Source: Tricharina praecox (taxonomy: Eukaryota). Taken from it: a DNA stretch of 64,000 bases. Both the position numbers and the translations under genes were made by a program. Below the pieces are notes generated by a model that was not told where the DNA came from, made no database searches, and was given only the letters and a program-made list of their open reading frames with translations. Shown piece by piece: positions 13,612 through 25,352 of this stretch (the first letter of the stretch is position 1; each line of letters begins with the position of its first letter). Location: assembly GCF_024521635.1 (NCBI RefSeq), contig NW_026250424.1, positions 248,001-312,000 on the forward strand. The letters run 5' to 3'.

Positions 13612-13994
13612 GGCTGCGGCAGTACTGTGGTCGTAGTAGTGGTTGTGGTTGTGGTGGTGGCGGGGGGAGTCGTGTGCTCGGTTTTTTGCTTCTCGACGTG
13701 GGGTGTAAAGTTCGCTCAGACGTTCACGAAATTTTGAACGGCTCTCGCCGTTGCAGGCTGCAGTTGCAGCGCCAAGCATTCGCGAGTCGCGCAAAAGGCT
13801 GTCTGCATCTGGACTGAGTGACGCCAACTATACTACACGCCACCACCAGCACCAGCACCAGCACGACCTGAACGGAACGAAAAATAAATCCACATACCGC
13901 ACGTCGACCAGAATTCGCATTTGCTCGTCACCTATCGCTGCGCACACACACGAAGCCAATTCAGCCAGCTGCGCGCCCCAGCAAGCCAGCCAGT
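13612..13994. promoter_or_regulatory. Short divergent intergenic region, probable bidirectional promoter UTP23/PRP22
   Basis: Start codons face apart 383 bp from each other; RRPE-like GAAATTTT near 13728. Confidence 0.5.
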
Positions 13995-16900
13995 ATGGAC
14001 GCCCTCGCGGATCTCGAGCTCCTCTCGCTGGTCTCCAAGATCACGACGGAGCTCAGCAATCACTTGGGAATCAACGAGAAGACGATCTCGGAGTACATCA
14101 TCAGCCTGCACGGGGAGTCCACGACGCTCGACGAGTTCAAGCTGAAGCTTGCCGACGTGGGCGTCGAGTTCCCTAACTCTCTGGCCGAAACTATCGACCG
14201 GCTGATCCTGACGATGCACCCGAAACACCGCAACAAGAAATCGAAAGACAACAACGGCGCGGCTGCGGCGACGGAGCCTAAGGACGTGGACAAGAAGGCG
14301 CGCGTGTTCACCGGCTTGGCCCTGCCCGATAAGAATCCGTGGGATGGCAATGGCTATCTGGACCAGAAGGAGAACGGAAACGGAAAAAACGGTGCTGCGA
14401 AGGATGCGATTGACGACACGCTCGCCGCGTTCGAGAAGCTGGAGCACAAGACCAAGTCTGAGAAGAATAGTAGCGCTCCCGTGGTGGCGGTGGACGATAC
14501 CTTGGCCCTGTTGGAGAGTATGGAGCCTGGGCGAGCGCCACCACCCCGGAAAGGCGATGACTCGACCCGCAAACGCAGTGTGTCGCCGTATGAGGATTCT
14601 CGACGGAGCAAGAGGAGGACTAGGCACCGATCACGATCACGGTCGCGCTCCATCTCCCCCGATGCGAGACGAGAACGGAGGTCTAGAAAGGACAGGGGTC
14701 GGGACGACGGCATCGATGAGTTCGGGAGGAGTACCAGGAACGATCGGAACGACCGGAACGGTAATGGGAAGGGAAACGGCGGCGGGCGCAGACTCAACGA
14801 TGAGTTTCGGAGGCCACCGACCCCCGAGGTCGACGATGCCCCGGTGCTCTACAAGGTCTACAACGGAAAGATCAGTGGGCTGCAGGACTTTGGTGCATTT
14901 GTCAATCTCATTGGTGTCAAGCCACAAGGGCCCAAACGAAATGCTGTCGGGTTGGTCCACGTGTCTGCGATCCGGGAGGGACAGAGAGTCAATCATCCGT
15001 CGGATTTGCTCGCCATCGACCAGGTCGTGAAGGTGAAGGTCATCAGCATTCAGGGTGATCGGATAGGCTTGTCGATGAAGGACGTCGATCAGAAGACCGG
15101 GCTCGACCTCGATCCGGCGAAGCGGATAGCATCGGGGGCGAACATGGAAGGTCTCAGCAAAGGCGGATCGTCGTCACGATACGGCACTCTGGACAGCGCA
15201 GTGCCGGTCATCGAGGGCGATATGGACGGCAGAGCTATGCGTACTAAGAAACGCATGACTTCCCCCGAGCGATGGGAGATCAAACAATTGATATCCTCGG
15301 GTGTCTTGTCGGCTAAGGACTACCCTGACATCGACGAGGAGTATAACGCAACGCTGCGAGGCGAAGGCGAATTCGAGGAGGAAGAGGACCTCGATATCGA
15401 AGTCAAGGGCGAGGAACCGCCTTTCTTGGCTGGTCAGACAAAGCAGAGTCTTGAGCTGTCGCCCATTCGAGTTGTCAAGGCACCCGATGGATCCCTGAAC
15501 CGTGCTGCTATGGCCGGAACATCACTCGCCAAGGAACGACGAGAGCTGCGGCAGCAGCAGGCGGCCGACGCGGCTGCCGAAGAAGCCCAGAAAGTCGACC
15601 TCTCGGCTCAATGGCAAGATCCCATGGTCCCTACTGGGCAGCACAAGTTCGCTTCGGACCTCAAAAATACCAATGCGAACCCGCCGAGTGACCTGCCGGA
15701 ATGGAAGCGAGTAGCCATGGGCAAAAATGCATCTTTCGGAAGGATCACCAGCATGAGCATCAGCGACCAGAGGAAATCGCTTCCCGTCTACAAACTGAGA
15801 AGCTCTTTGATCAAGGCTATCCACGAGAACCAGCTTTTGATCGTGGTCGGTGATACTGGTTCGGGGAAAACCACACAGATGACGCAGTACTTGGCGGAGG
15901 AAGGATTCGCCGAGCGCGGCATCATCGGATGTACGCAGCCTCGACGTGTCGCCGCGATGTCCGTCGCCAAGCGTGTATCTGAGGAAGTTGGCTGCAGGGT
16001 CGGACAGGAGGTCGGATACACCATCCGTTTCGAAGACTGCACCAGTCCCGAGACCAAGATCAAGTACATGACGGACGGTATGCTACAGCGTGAAGTCCTG
16101 CTCGATCCGGACTTGAAGCGATACTCGGTCATCATTCTCGACGAGGCGCACGAACGTACCATCGCTACCGATGTCTTGTTCGGACTGTTGAAGAAAACAC
16201 TCAAGAAGAGACCGGATCTCAAGCTCATCGTCACGTCTGCCACTCTGGATGCGGAGAAGTTCTCCAACTACTTCAACCAGTGCCCCATCTTTACCATTCC
16301 CGGACGAACGTACCCCGTCGAGATCCTGTACACGAAGGAGCCCGAGAGCGACTACCTCGATGCTGCGTTGATCACGGTCATGCAGATCCACCTTAGCGAG
16401 CCGGCCGGAGACATCCTTTTGTTCTTGACAGGGCAGGAAGAAATCGACACGAGTTGCGAGATCCTCTACGAACGAATGAAAGCGCTCGGCCCCAGTGTTC
16501 CGGAACTGATCATCCTCCCGGTGTACTCGGCACTGCCCAGCGAAATGCAGAGTCGAATCTTCGAGCCCGCACCTCCGGGTAGTCGCAAGGTTGTCATCGC
16601 CACCAACATCGCGGAGACGTCCATCACTATTGACCAGATCTACTACGTGATCGATCCGGGCTTCGTCAAGCAGAACGCCTTTGACCCCAAGCTGGGCATG
16701 GACTCTCTAGTCGTCACCCCCATCTCGCAGGCGCAAGCCAAACAGCGAGCGGGTCGTGCAGGTCGTACCGGCCCTGGAAAGTGCTACCGTCTGTACACCG
16801 AAGCCGCCTTCCAGAGCGAGATGTTGCCCACCTCCGTCCCCGAGATCCAGCGGCAAAACCTCTCGCATACCATCCTGATGCTCAAAGCCATGGGAATAAA

Positions 16901-17843
16901 CGACCTCCTGCATTTCGACTTTATGGACCCGCCTCCTACCAACACCATGTTGACGGCGCTCGAAGAGCTGTATGCCCTTTCCGCCCTTGACGACGAAGGG
17001 CTACTTACCCGCCTGGGCCGCAAGATGGCCGACTTCCCCATGGAACCCGCACTAGCCAAGGTCCTGATCGCCAGCGTAGACATGGGATGCAGCGACGAGA
17101 TCCTCAGCATCGTGGCGATGCTGTCCGTGCAGACAGTCTTCTACCGGCCCAAAGAGAAGCAGCAGCAAGCAGACCAGAAGAAGGCGAAATTCCACGACCC
17201 GCACGGCGACCACCTAACGCTGCTCAACGTGTACAACAGCTGGAAGCAGTCTGCGTACTCCAATCCCTGGTGCTTCGACAACTTCATCCAGGCGCGCTCC
17301 ATGAAGCGCGCCAAGGACGTGCGCCAGCAGCTCGAAATGATCATGTCTCGCTACAAACACAAGATCGTTTCCTGCGGCAGGAACACAATGAAGGTCCGCC
17401 AGGCCCTGTGCTCGGGTTTCTTCCGCAACTCCGCGAGGAAGGACCCCTCCGAGGGCTACCGCACCCTCATAGAGGGTACTCCGGTCTATATGCACCCCTC
17501 CTCAGCCCTGTTTGGGAAACCCGCCGAACACGTCATCTTTCATACCCTCGTCATGACCACGAAGGAGTATATGCACTGCACTACGAGTATAGAGCCGAAA
17601 TGGCTAGGTACGCCCCCTCCCCCCCTGCTCCCCCATCCTCTAGTATCCCTAGGCTAATACAGAGTAGTCGAAGTAGCACCCAGCTTCTTTAAGGTCGGCG
17701 GCGGCAAGGGCGAGCTGTCCAAACGCAGGAAGAACGAGCGCATCCAGCCGCTGTTCAATCGCTTCGGCGAGGGCGACGATTCTTGGAGGCTCTCGGCGCA
17801 GAAGAGGCAGGGCCGTGGTGGTGGAGGCGGTACGTGGGGTTAG
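13995..17843 (+). CDS. PRP22: Pre-mRNA-splicing DEAH-box RNA helicase Prp22 (DHX8); exons 13995-17607, 17668-17843
   Basis: RS-rich N-terminus, S1 domain (FGAFV..GLVHVS), [38 protein letters not shown]; last exon VEVAPSFFK...[15 protein letters not shown]. Confidence 0.97.
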
Positions 17844-19150
17844 TTCTTTTGTTTCTTGGTTGTGGGGGTGGTGGTGGGGGGTGGGCGGTGGGAGGGGGGA
17901 GGGGGGAGGAGGGGGAGTGGGATGGGGGATGGGGGGAGTGGAATGGGGGGTTTTTATATATGATAATGCGGATGATTGCGAGGGAGAGAATGGGAACGAT
18001 GAGATGAGATGCAAGATGCGAGTTCGTGGTTACGGTTACAGTACCTATGTCACAGTCACAGTGTGTCACTCACTCACTCACCGGGATGCCATAAATGCGG
18101 GGATACTAAGAGCGGGTCGAAGAGCGGGGAGCGGGGAGCGGGGGATCTGGTGCACCCCGCTTCACCCTGGCTCAGCCCCGCAGCGTGTAAACACCAGGTA
18201 CCGTGCACGAAGCACAATATCAATGGCCAACCCACCAAAAATCGTTCACCCGTCAGACAATACCATAAAGCCCTTGACAATGTACCGGCGTCGGCGTCGA
18301 CAATATCCCATCCACTCACAGCAGATCCACTCAGCCAACTAGGCCAACGATACGAGTGAGCGGACCAAGGTAGGTAGGTTGGTAGGGAACCATCTGAGAT
18401 ATTCTGAGATATACAGAAACAACACTTTTCACTTCACTTCACTTCCTTCACTTCCTTCACTTCACCAGCCGCCCATGCCATACCATACCATACCATACCA
18501 TATGGCTTACACTCCCTCCCCATTTACACCCAGTTACACCCAGTTACACCCTTCAGGCTTCCGCATCTCATAGTGATGTAGAGTAGGTATTATTCTCTTG
18601 TAAAAATTCCACCAAGTAATCAAGTAACCAAGTAACCGTGCAGCCCTACCAGTTAAACCAGAGTAACCCGCCAAACCCGCCAAACCCGCCAAATCCGCCA
18701 AACCCGCCAAACCAGACCCGACAAAAACAAGACGACATGACACAACACTCCATTTCCCTACCAAACCACATTGCAGAAAATAGATAGAAACCGCACTCCG
18801 CTGCACAAATGTACACCACCAACCATCCATCCCTCCATCTTACCCACAAAACGAAACGAACGAGCGAGGCAAACCGACCGACCGACCAAAGCAAGCAAGC
18901 ATACTTACGCCCCCCTTAACGCATAAAACGCACAAACGCAGCCAACGAACGCCATCCCAGTAAGTAGACACAAGCAGTAACAAGTAAAAAAGTTAAAAAG
19001 GAAAAAAGGAAAAAACCCTCGACGGAAATAGCCCGGAAGATGAAGAATACAAAAGACCGTCCGAAAAGCAACAGCTATGGAAACATATCTGTCGATTTCG
19101 GCTCAATATACGATGGCCTGACCACCCAAAAGTTTTGCTTCCCCTGCTGA

Positions 19151-20573
19151 CTAACGCCTCGCGGTGCCCGCCTCCACATCCGGTGGAGCCGTGGTCCTGT
19201 CCACGTTTCTTCCGCGGTTGAGGAATGCTGGGCGCTGGAAATGGTTCCACCGACTACTCCCCTGTTGTGGTTGGGGAGGAGGCGGGTTCTGCGGCCGTGG
19301 TGACGTTCTCGAAGATCTTACCCCATTCCGTCCATCGTTGCGGCCAGCCGTAGACGACGACGCGAGCCGATTCGAAGAGAAGAAGAGTCGGCGGTGAAAT
19401 GGGGCGCCCGTAAACATGCCAGTCGGCGGAGCTGCGGCTTGTCGCTGTCGGCGATTACGTTCCGACCGCGAGGGACCACCGTGTGCGTCCGACGACTGGG
19501 CCTCTCCCTCGGGCCGTGGTTTTGGCACGTAGTAGTCCTTCTTGCAGAGCGGGCAACAGGCGCGACGGTTGGTGAGCCACGGGTCCAGGCACGCCGAATG
19601 GAACGCGTGTCCGCAGGTGAGGCCGCGGATGTCGTCGTTGTCCTCGATCGTGTCTAGACAGATCGCGCAGGCGTCACCGGCGGACTTGAGTAGCTCGGCG
19701 GGAACGGGGTGTTCGTGATCGTCGTCGTCGTCTTCCTCGTTGTCCTTGTCCTTGCCCTGTTCTATCTCCGAGATGTCCGACATCCTCTTGTCCTTCACGG
19801 ACACCTTCTCGTCCTCAATTATGCCCAACAACTGAGCCTCGGCCACAGATGTCGAAGCCCCCGTTTCCTTGTCCACCACATGCGCGGCAGCAGGAGGAGC
19901 AGGCATCGCGAGGGTGCCGACCTTGGGCGTCGAACCGTCGCGGTCGTCACTGTTCCCACAGCCCGGCGACGACTGCTCGCTGACAGCCGACTCGACATGG
20001 TGAATACTGCCCGCCCTGCTGTTGGGTGCGGTCGTGATTCCACCCTCTGAAGGTAGTCCCGCGGCTTCCCTCTGAGCCTGCCAAGTCTTGTACTTTATCG
20101 TGGGGAAGCGCTCGTTGACCTCGTCCAGGGTCATCAGTTTCTTCTCTCTACGTCGTCGGTGCGGTCGCGGCATGGCCTGCAAGTCGACAACTTCCTCGTC
20201 GCCGTTGGCTCGCGCTCGCTGTCTCGCATTGTACCGAAAGCAGTACTTGACACCGACGATAATCCTGCACAAAAAACAAAAATTTGAGTTGGTTTCATCC
20301 ATAATACGGTTGGCAGCAGACGCAGCTCTCCTTGTCCCCTCTTCTTTCTTTTGTGCTTTCTTTCATTTCTTTCTTCCTGTTCCTTTATGCAGGACTCCGA
20401 GGGGGGGATGGTGGTTGGGGGGACACACGAACATACCACAAGTTCGTAAAAACAACACCAAAACCCAATGCAACGAAGAACAGTAGAGGACTACTAGTCG
20501 GTCCACCGCCTCCACCACCACCGTTGTCATGTGGGGTCTCCACGGGCGGGGCGCCGGTAGGAGTTGATGCCAT
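19151..20573 (-). CDS. Single-pass membrane RING-H2 E3 ubiquitin ligase-like protein; exons 20573-20437, 20264-19151
   Basis: TM segment SSPLLFFVALGFGVVFTNLW|IIVGVKYCFRYN joined across a GTATGT...GCAG intron; RING-H2 CAICLD..RGLTCGHAFHSACLDPWL..CPLCK. Confidence 0.9.
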
Positions 20574-23500
20574 GTTGAAGGAACTTTCGAACGAGAAACG
20601 CGACGAGCAGGCGGGGCGCAGTGGTGGAGAAGGTAGTAGTAGGAGGAAGACGAGGAGGAGGAGGGGGAGGAGGAGAGGAAGTCCGATCCGCTTTTTCTAT
20701 GCACCCATTCGATATCCGGCCGAGGGAGGACGTAGAGATCGAGTACCTAGCGGCGATGTGCGGCGACGGAGGAGGAGGGGGTGGAGGTGGCGGAGGAGGG
20801 TTGGTGGTGGATGGTGGTGCGTGGAGTTGAAGGCGATCGGACAGTTAGTCGGTCGGGGGGGGGGGGGGGGGCGACTTGGTTTTGGTTGGTTTCGTTTAGG
20901 TACTGCACTAGCGAGGGGGTGGGCGCGAGGCAGGGTGAGAGCACTCGTTTTTTGGGAGGGTGGCAGGCAGGCGCTGTGCTAGAGTAAGTGCGGGTGTTGT
21001 GGTGGTGGGAGGAGGAGGTGGATATGGTGGTGGTGGATATGGTGGTGGTATGTATTGGTATTTGTGGTGGTGGTGGGTGGTGGGTGGCAGTTATTAGTCA
21101 ATGGTGGGTGAATGGGTGTGGTGTGTGAGTGTGTGCAGTGTGCAGTGTGCAGCTCGAACGAGGGAAGGCACTTGGTGGAGATGGTTATGTAGGTGCAGAG
21201 CAGCTTGAGTGAGTGTACCAGGTAACAACTATGAATGGGTTGTGCGGAGATGGTGGAGGTGGTGGTGTTGTTGTGCGGAGAAGAAGGAAGGAAGGAGGGA
21301 AGGAAGGAAGTGAGTAAAGCGAAGTGAATGAGCACTCTGAGCACTCAGCACTGAGAAGTGAGCAGCAATCAAAGAAAGCGAGGAGGAGGAGCGCGTGAGT
21401 GCGACCAAGCCTATGTAGAGTAACCACCTAGCCGCAGCGAGCAGACAAGCAAGCAAAGAGCTGCAGTCGCTATTGCAGTTGCAGACCACACCCTACCACC
21501 ACAGACAAGACACTCTCGCTCCCACACCACCCACCCGTCCAAAACACGAGACGAGATGAACGCTGGAAACCCAACCGCACCCCAGACGAGCCGGCAATCG
21601 GAGAGAGAGGGAGACTTGGAGATGAGAGACGTAGGGAGCGGGCGGTACGGCCGGGGAGGGGGAGGGGGAGGGAGGGGGAGGGGGAGGGGGAGGGAGGGGG
21701 AGGGGGAAGGGGATTTGTTTACATGGAATGTATGGCCAGGAAGACGCAGCTGAAGCAGCAGCGAACGGAGGAGAGCACGTAGGGAAGCCGATTACTGATT
21801 GCGAGACCGGCACCAGCCGCAGCAAAACAGCGATGACGCTGCCGATGAAGATGAAGAAGATGATAAGTATTGCGGTTTGCTAGTGGCGGTGCTGCTGGGT
21901 TGCGGCACCGTCTGAGGTGATGGCCGTTCGAGGCGTCGAGCACACTACCTGCTAGTACTTACCTTACTCCGTCTACTCTTGGAGCGAGGATATATCGGGA
22001 TTTGGAATGCGGATCCTCTCCGGGGTTCGTTCCAATTCTGGTGGCTGACCGTTGGAGGAGGAGGAAGATGTGGAGGAGATGTGGACGTCGATCGTTAGAG
22101 TGCTCCCTCCAGCAACAATCGCGGGCGTGCATCGGACAATCGACTGCAAGCTGCTGCTAAAGTAAGTGGGTAAGTTGGTACGGCAGGCAGTCTTCTGACG
22201 TGATGATACCTCCTTGGCTCCTTGCAACTTACCTACATCGATGCAAGCATCTACCACATGTACATACTTTCCCTACATACCGTACTCCAGCCTCAAGTAC
22301 GGAAGTGCGGAGTGTGGAGTGCGTGGGGTCGGGATTCGAGAAACAACCAATCGTTCGCGAATCGTTGCCGGCCCTTGAAACCAAAAAGTAATAATGATCG
22401 AACGTGCCGAGTTTGTTTCGACCCGCAAGTATAGTACCGATTATGATTTGAACTTTGAAGATTACCGGTAGACTACCTGTTGGAGCTTGGAGGATCGACT
22501 TCCACCTCCGATCCTTTTTTGGCTCCGGGCACCAAACGCCAACCACGATCCACGGATTCTCCAGAGGCCAGAGTCCAGGCACACGGCTGGGCCCGCGGGC
22601 CAGCGCTAGGTGGGGAGCCGCTAATCAATGACTAGCGGGCCGCCTACCATCGGGCTGTGACCTCACTGCTTCACAGCTCAACGGCGGTCTGGCCTCTGGT
22701 ATACATCATAGGATTAAACTTCGCACCTCACCCCTTCGCAACAGATCCTGGAGTTGAACCTTCACATCCCTTGGATGGTAGTCTGATAGTTAACTACCCG
22801 CGCTCGGGAAGTAGGGCAGAGTCGGTTCCGAGGGCACGGGTGAAGGCTCGTTGCCGATCCTCAGTTAGCAGTTTTATTCCTGATACTCTACTCGAACCGG
22901 TGGCCATGGTAGGTGATGCTCGACTCCGGCTTCCACCCTTGAGGGCGTCGAAACTATCGTGAAGCTGTTTAACTTCGGCCTACATAGAGCCTCGCTCGCT
23001 CACTTATTCGCGGGGGTCAAACTTTTGGTTTCGTATCGTAGAGTAGTTAGTTGGTGTCCAACAGCAGAGAACTTACAATGGGCTCGATGGGTAGGGCTCA
23101 ATATAGGTAGGGCCGAGAGTTGAAACGGATCGTCACTATGTACCGGCGTCCATGGGATGGTTTTGGAAAGCGTAGCCTACATACTACCTAGTAGCAATCC
23201 GCACGCCTAGATGGAAGTGCACAGCTGATCTCCCTCGAGATCTCGACCGTTGGTCGGTTCTCTGCGATCTACCTATCATAGTATGTACCGACCACAATTG
23301 CCCGTAGCCTGGTATAAGCCGATACCGATATATCTTGTCCAGCCATCACCCATGAAGCTCCACTGCACCCTCACAACCACCTACTACTAGGTACTGTGAA
23401 TACAATTGCAGCCATCCACCTCTCCGCACCGACCGTCATACGTCTCGAATCCAGAATCTCGACGGGTGCGGCTGATATTCAGAACCATGGTTCATACGTA

Positions 23501-24491
23501 TCGATCCGTGGATGGGATGCAACCATCGAGGCAAGCCTCCCCATCCCACACAACGCGAGATAGCCATTTCTCAGCCACGAATGGGCCACGCCGTCACGGA
23601 ATCACGGATCCGTGATAGGTACTGAAATTGGAAGTTTCCGGCCTCCCGTCGAACTACATACAGAAAGTTGAAACGGCTACGGACGTCGGATGCCCCGCGA
23701 ACGCCCTATGGGCCATGGGCTATCAGGATTGTCAGGATCATCTAGAGACTGATAGTATAATCTGAAGCCGTGAAAACGGCCTCCTAGAAACAGGAGGAGA
23801 AGGAACAGGAACAGGAGCAGGAGGAGAGGGCGATCAATCCTTGCGTTGCTACATGTTACATACATAGGTTTCCGGAATGATTGGCTTACTACTTAGACAC
23901 GTATCGATATCGGGTTGTAAATACTTATTACAATGTGTTGTTTCGCTGCGTCAATTTGCTGCGTTGCTGTGTTGCGGGGTCGTATTGTTTCTTAATGCCT
24001 ATCATACGGTACTTGAGGACCGTTGAGGTTTCAACTTTCCGGTGATCTTTGTTTCCCTTTGGAAGTTGAGACTCGCCAGCGGTCACTCCAGAGTGCATGC
24101 AGATATTTTTAGCGCTCCCTCTCCCTCTCTCTCTCCCGCTGCTCGCATACATGCGAAAGGTTACATAAATACCTGAGCACCCACTTACTCATATACTCTA
24201 CCCATAGGCGGGCGGGCGGGCGGCAAAGGGGCCCACCTAGCACCTGGCACCTGGCACCGACCGTCTCCCGGCGGTAAAATGCGCTACTAATAGCTAAATG
24301 CAATGTGTTGGCCGCCATTGGCCGTGCATAATACCAGTAGGTAGTACCGCACGGAAATATCGCACGGAAATCATTGCGCTGTTTCATGTTTCAACCTTCA
24401 GGCTTCCATCGTTCGGTACGGTATCATACGGTATATAGAGTCGGATGCCAGCTACCTATGAAATAACTGGAGTAGGTACCGTATTATCTCA

Positions 24492-25352
24492 CATGAGAGG
24501 TATGGTTATGAAAACTCCTGTTGAAGGCACTAGTGCATGTAAGTGCGAGCTAGGGCGTCTATGGTTAGCGCGCCGAGCAATTATGCAACGTCAGGTGTTC
24601 AGCCTTCAGGGGCTGGCAGGTATGTTCATACAGCTGAACACACGACTCTGTAGCTGGAAGTATCGTCAACTACACAGTACTATCCTCCTCACATCTCGGA
24701 AGAATAATGCAACTATTCACCATGATGAACGACCAAGTATCGGACTCAGCGCCGCCAGTAGAAACCCTCACATCATTGTTCTCACAGCTTGACAGCTAAC
24801 CATCTACCGATCCGGTCAGGCCACCTTTCACGCGTTCACCAGCTAAGTTCAAACCTCCACCAGGGCCCCGGAAACAACCCATCGCAGTCGTCCCACGTTG
24901 GGTTGCCCTCCAGCCGCCATTCCTTCCAGAGCCAAACGAAGTCGAACAGTCGACTCACTTTGGACCCAATACCTAGCCGCATCACCGGCCGCACCACCAG
25001 CAGCAGCACCGGTCACTCCAACAGCAGCACCAGTCGCTCCTCCAGTTGTACTGGCTGCTCCTCCACCTGCACCGGCCGCACGCTGACGCTGAGCCGCACC
25101 ACCAGCCGCGCGCATCACTGGCCGCATCACCAGTCGCAGCACCGGCCGCACCACCAGCCGTAGCACCGGCTGCACCAAAAACCTCAACTCCAGCTGCCCT
25201 TCCAGCAGTAGGAGCCCGGAGCCAGGCTGGTAGGGAAACCTCAGCGCAGCCATGTAACTTCTTTCCCGCAAATTACCGACAGTGAGGGTGACAGTGAGGA
25301 TGAGGATGATGGTGTTGAGTACGATTTTGGCGAGCAGACGAGTTTTAGTTAG
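24492..25352 (+). pseudogene. Possible decayed multi-exon gene with Ala/Pro-rich exon and acidic tail
   Basis: Intron-like segments (GTAAGT at 24539, GTATGT at 24620, GCTAAC...CAG at 24795-24819); AAPPAAAPV-type coding split over frames by stops and shifts; ends DSEGDSEDEDDGVEYDFGEQTSFS*. Confidence 0.3.

Noticed and set aside
12442..17692. Numerous overlapping alternative-frame and antisense ORFs in UTP23/PRP22
   Set aside because: Shadows of GC-rich coding sequence
24722..24792. Possible intronic C/D snoRNA (ATGATGA in an intron-like segment)
   Set aside because: No canonical CTGA D box at a suitable distance, no terminal stem and no rRNA guide that I could recognise
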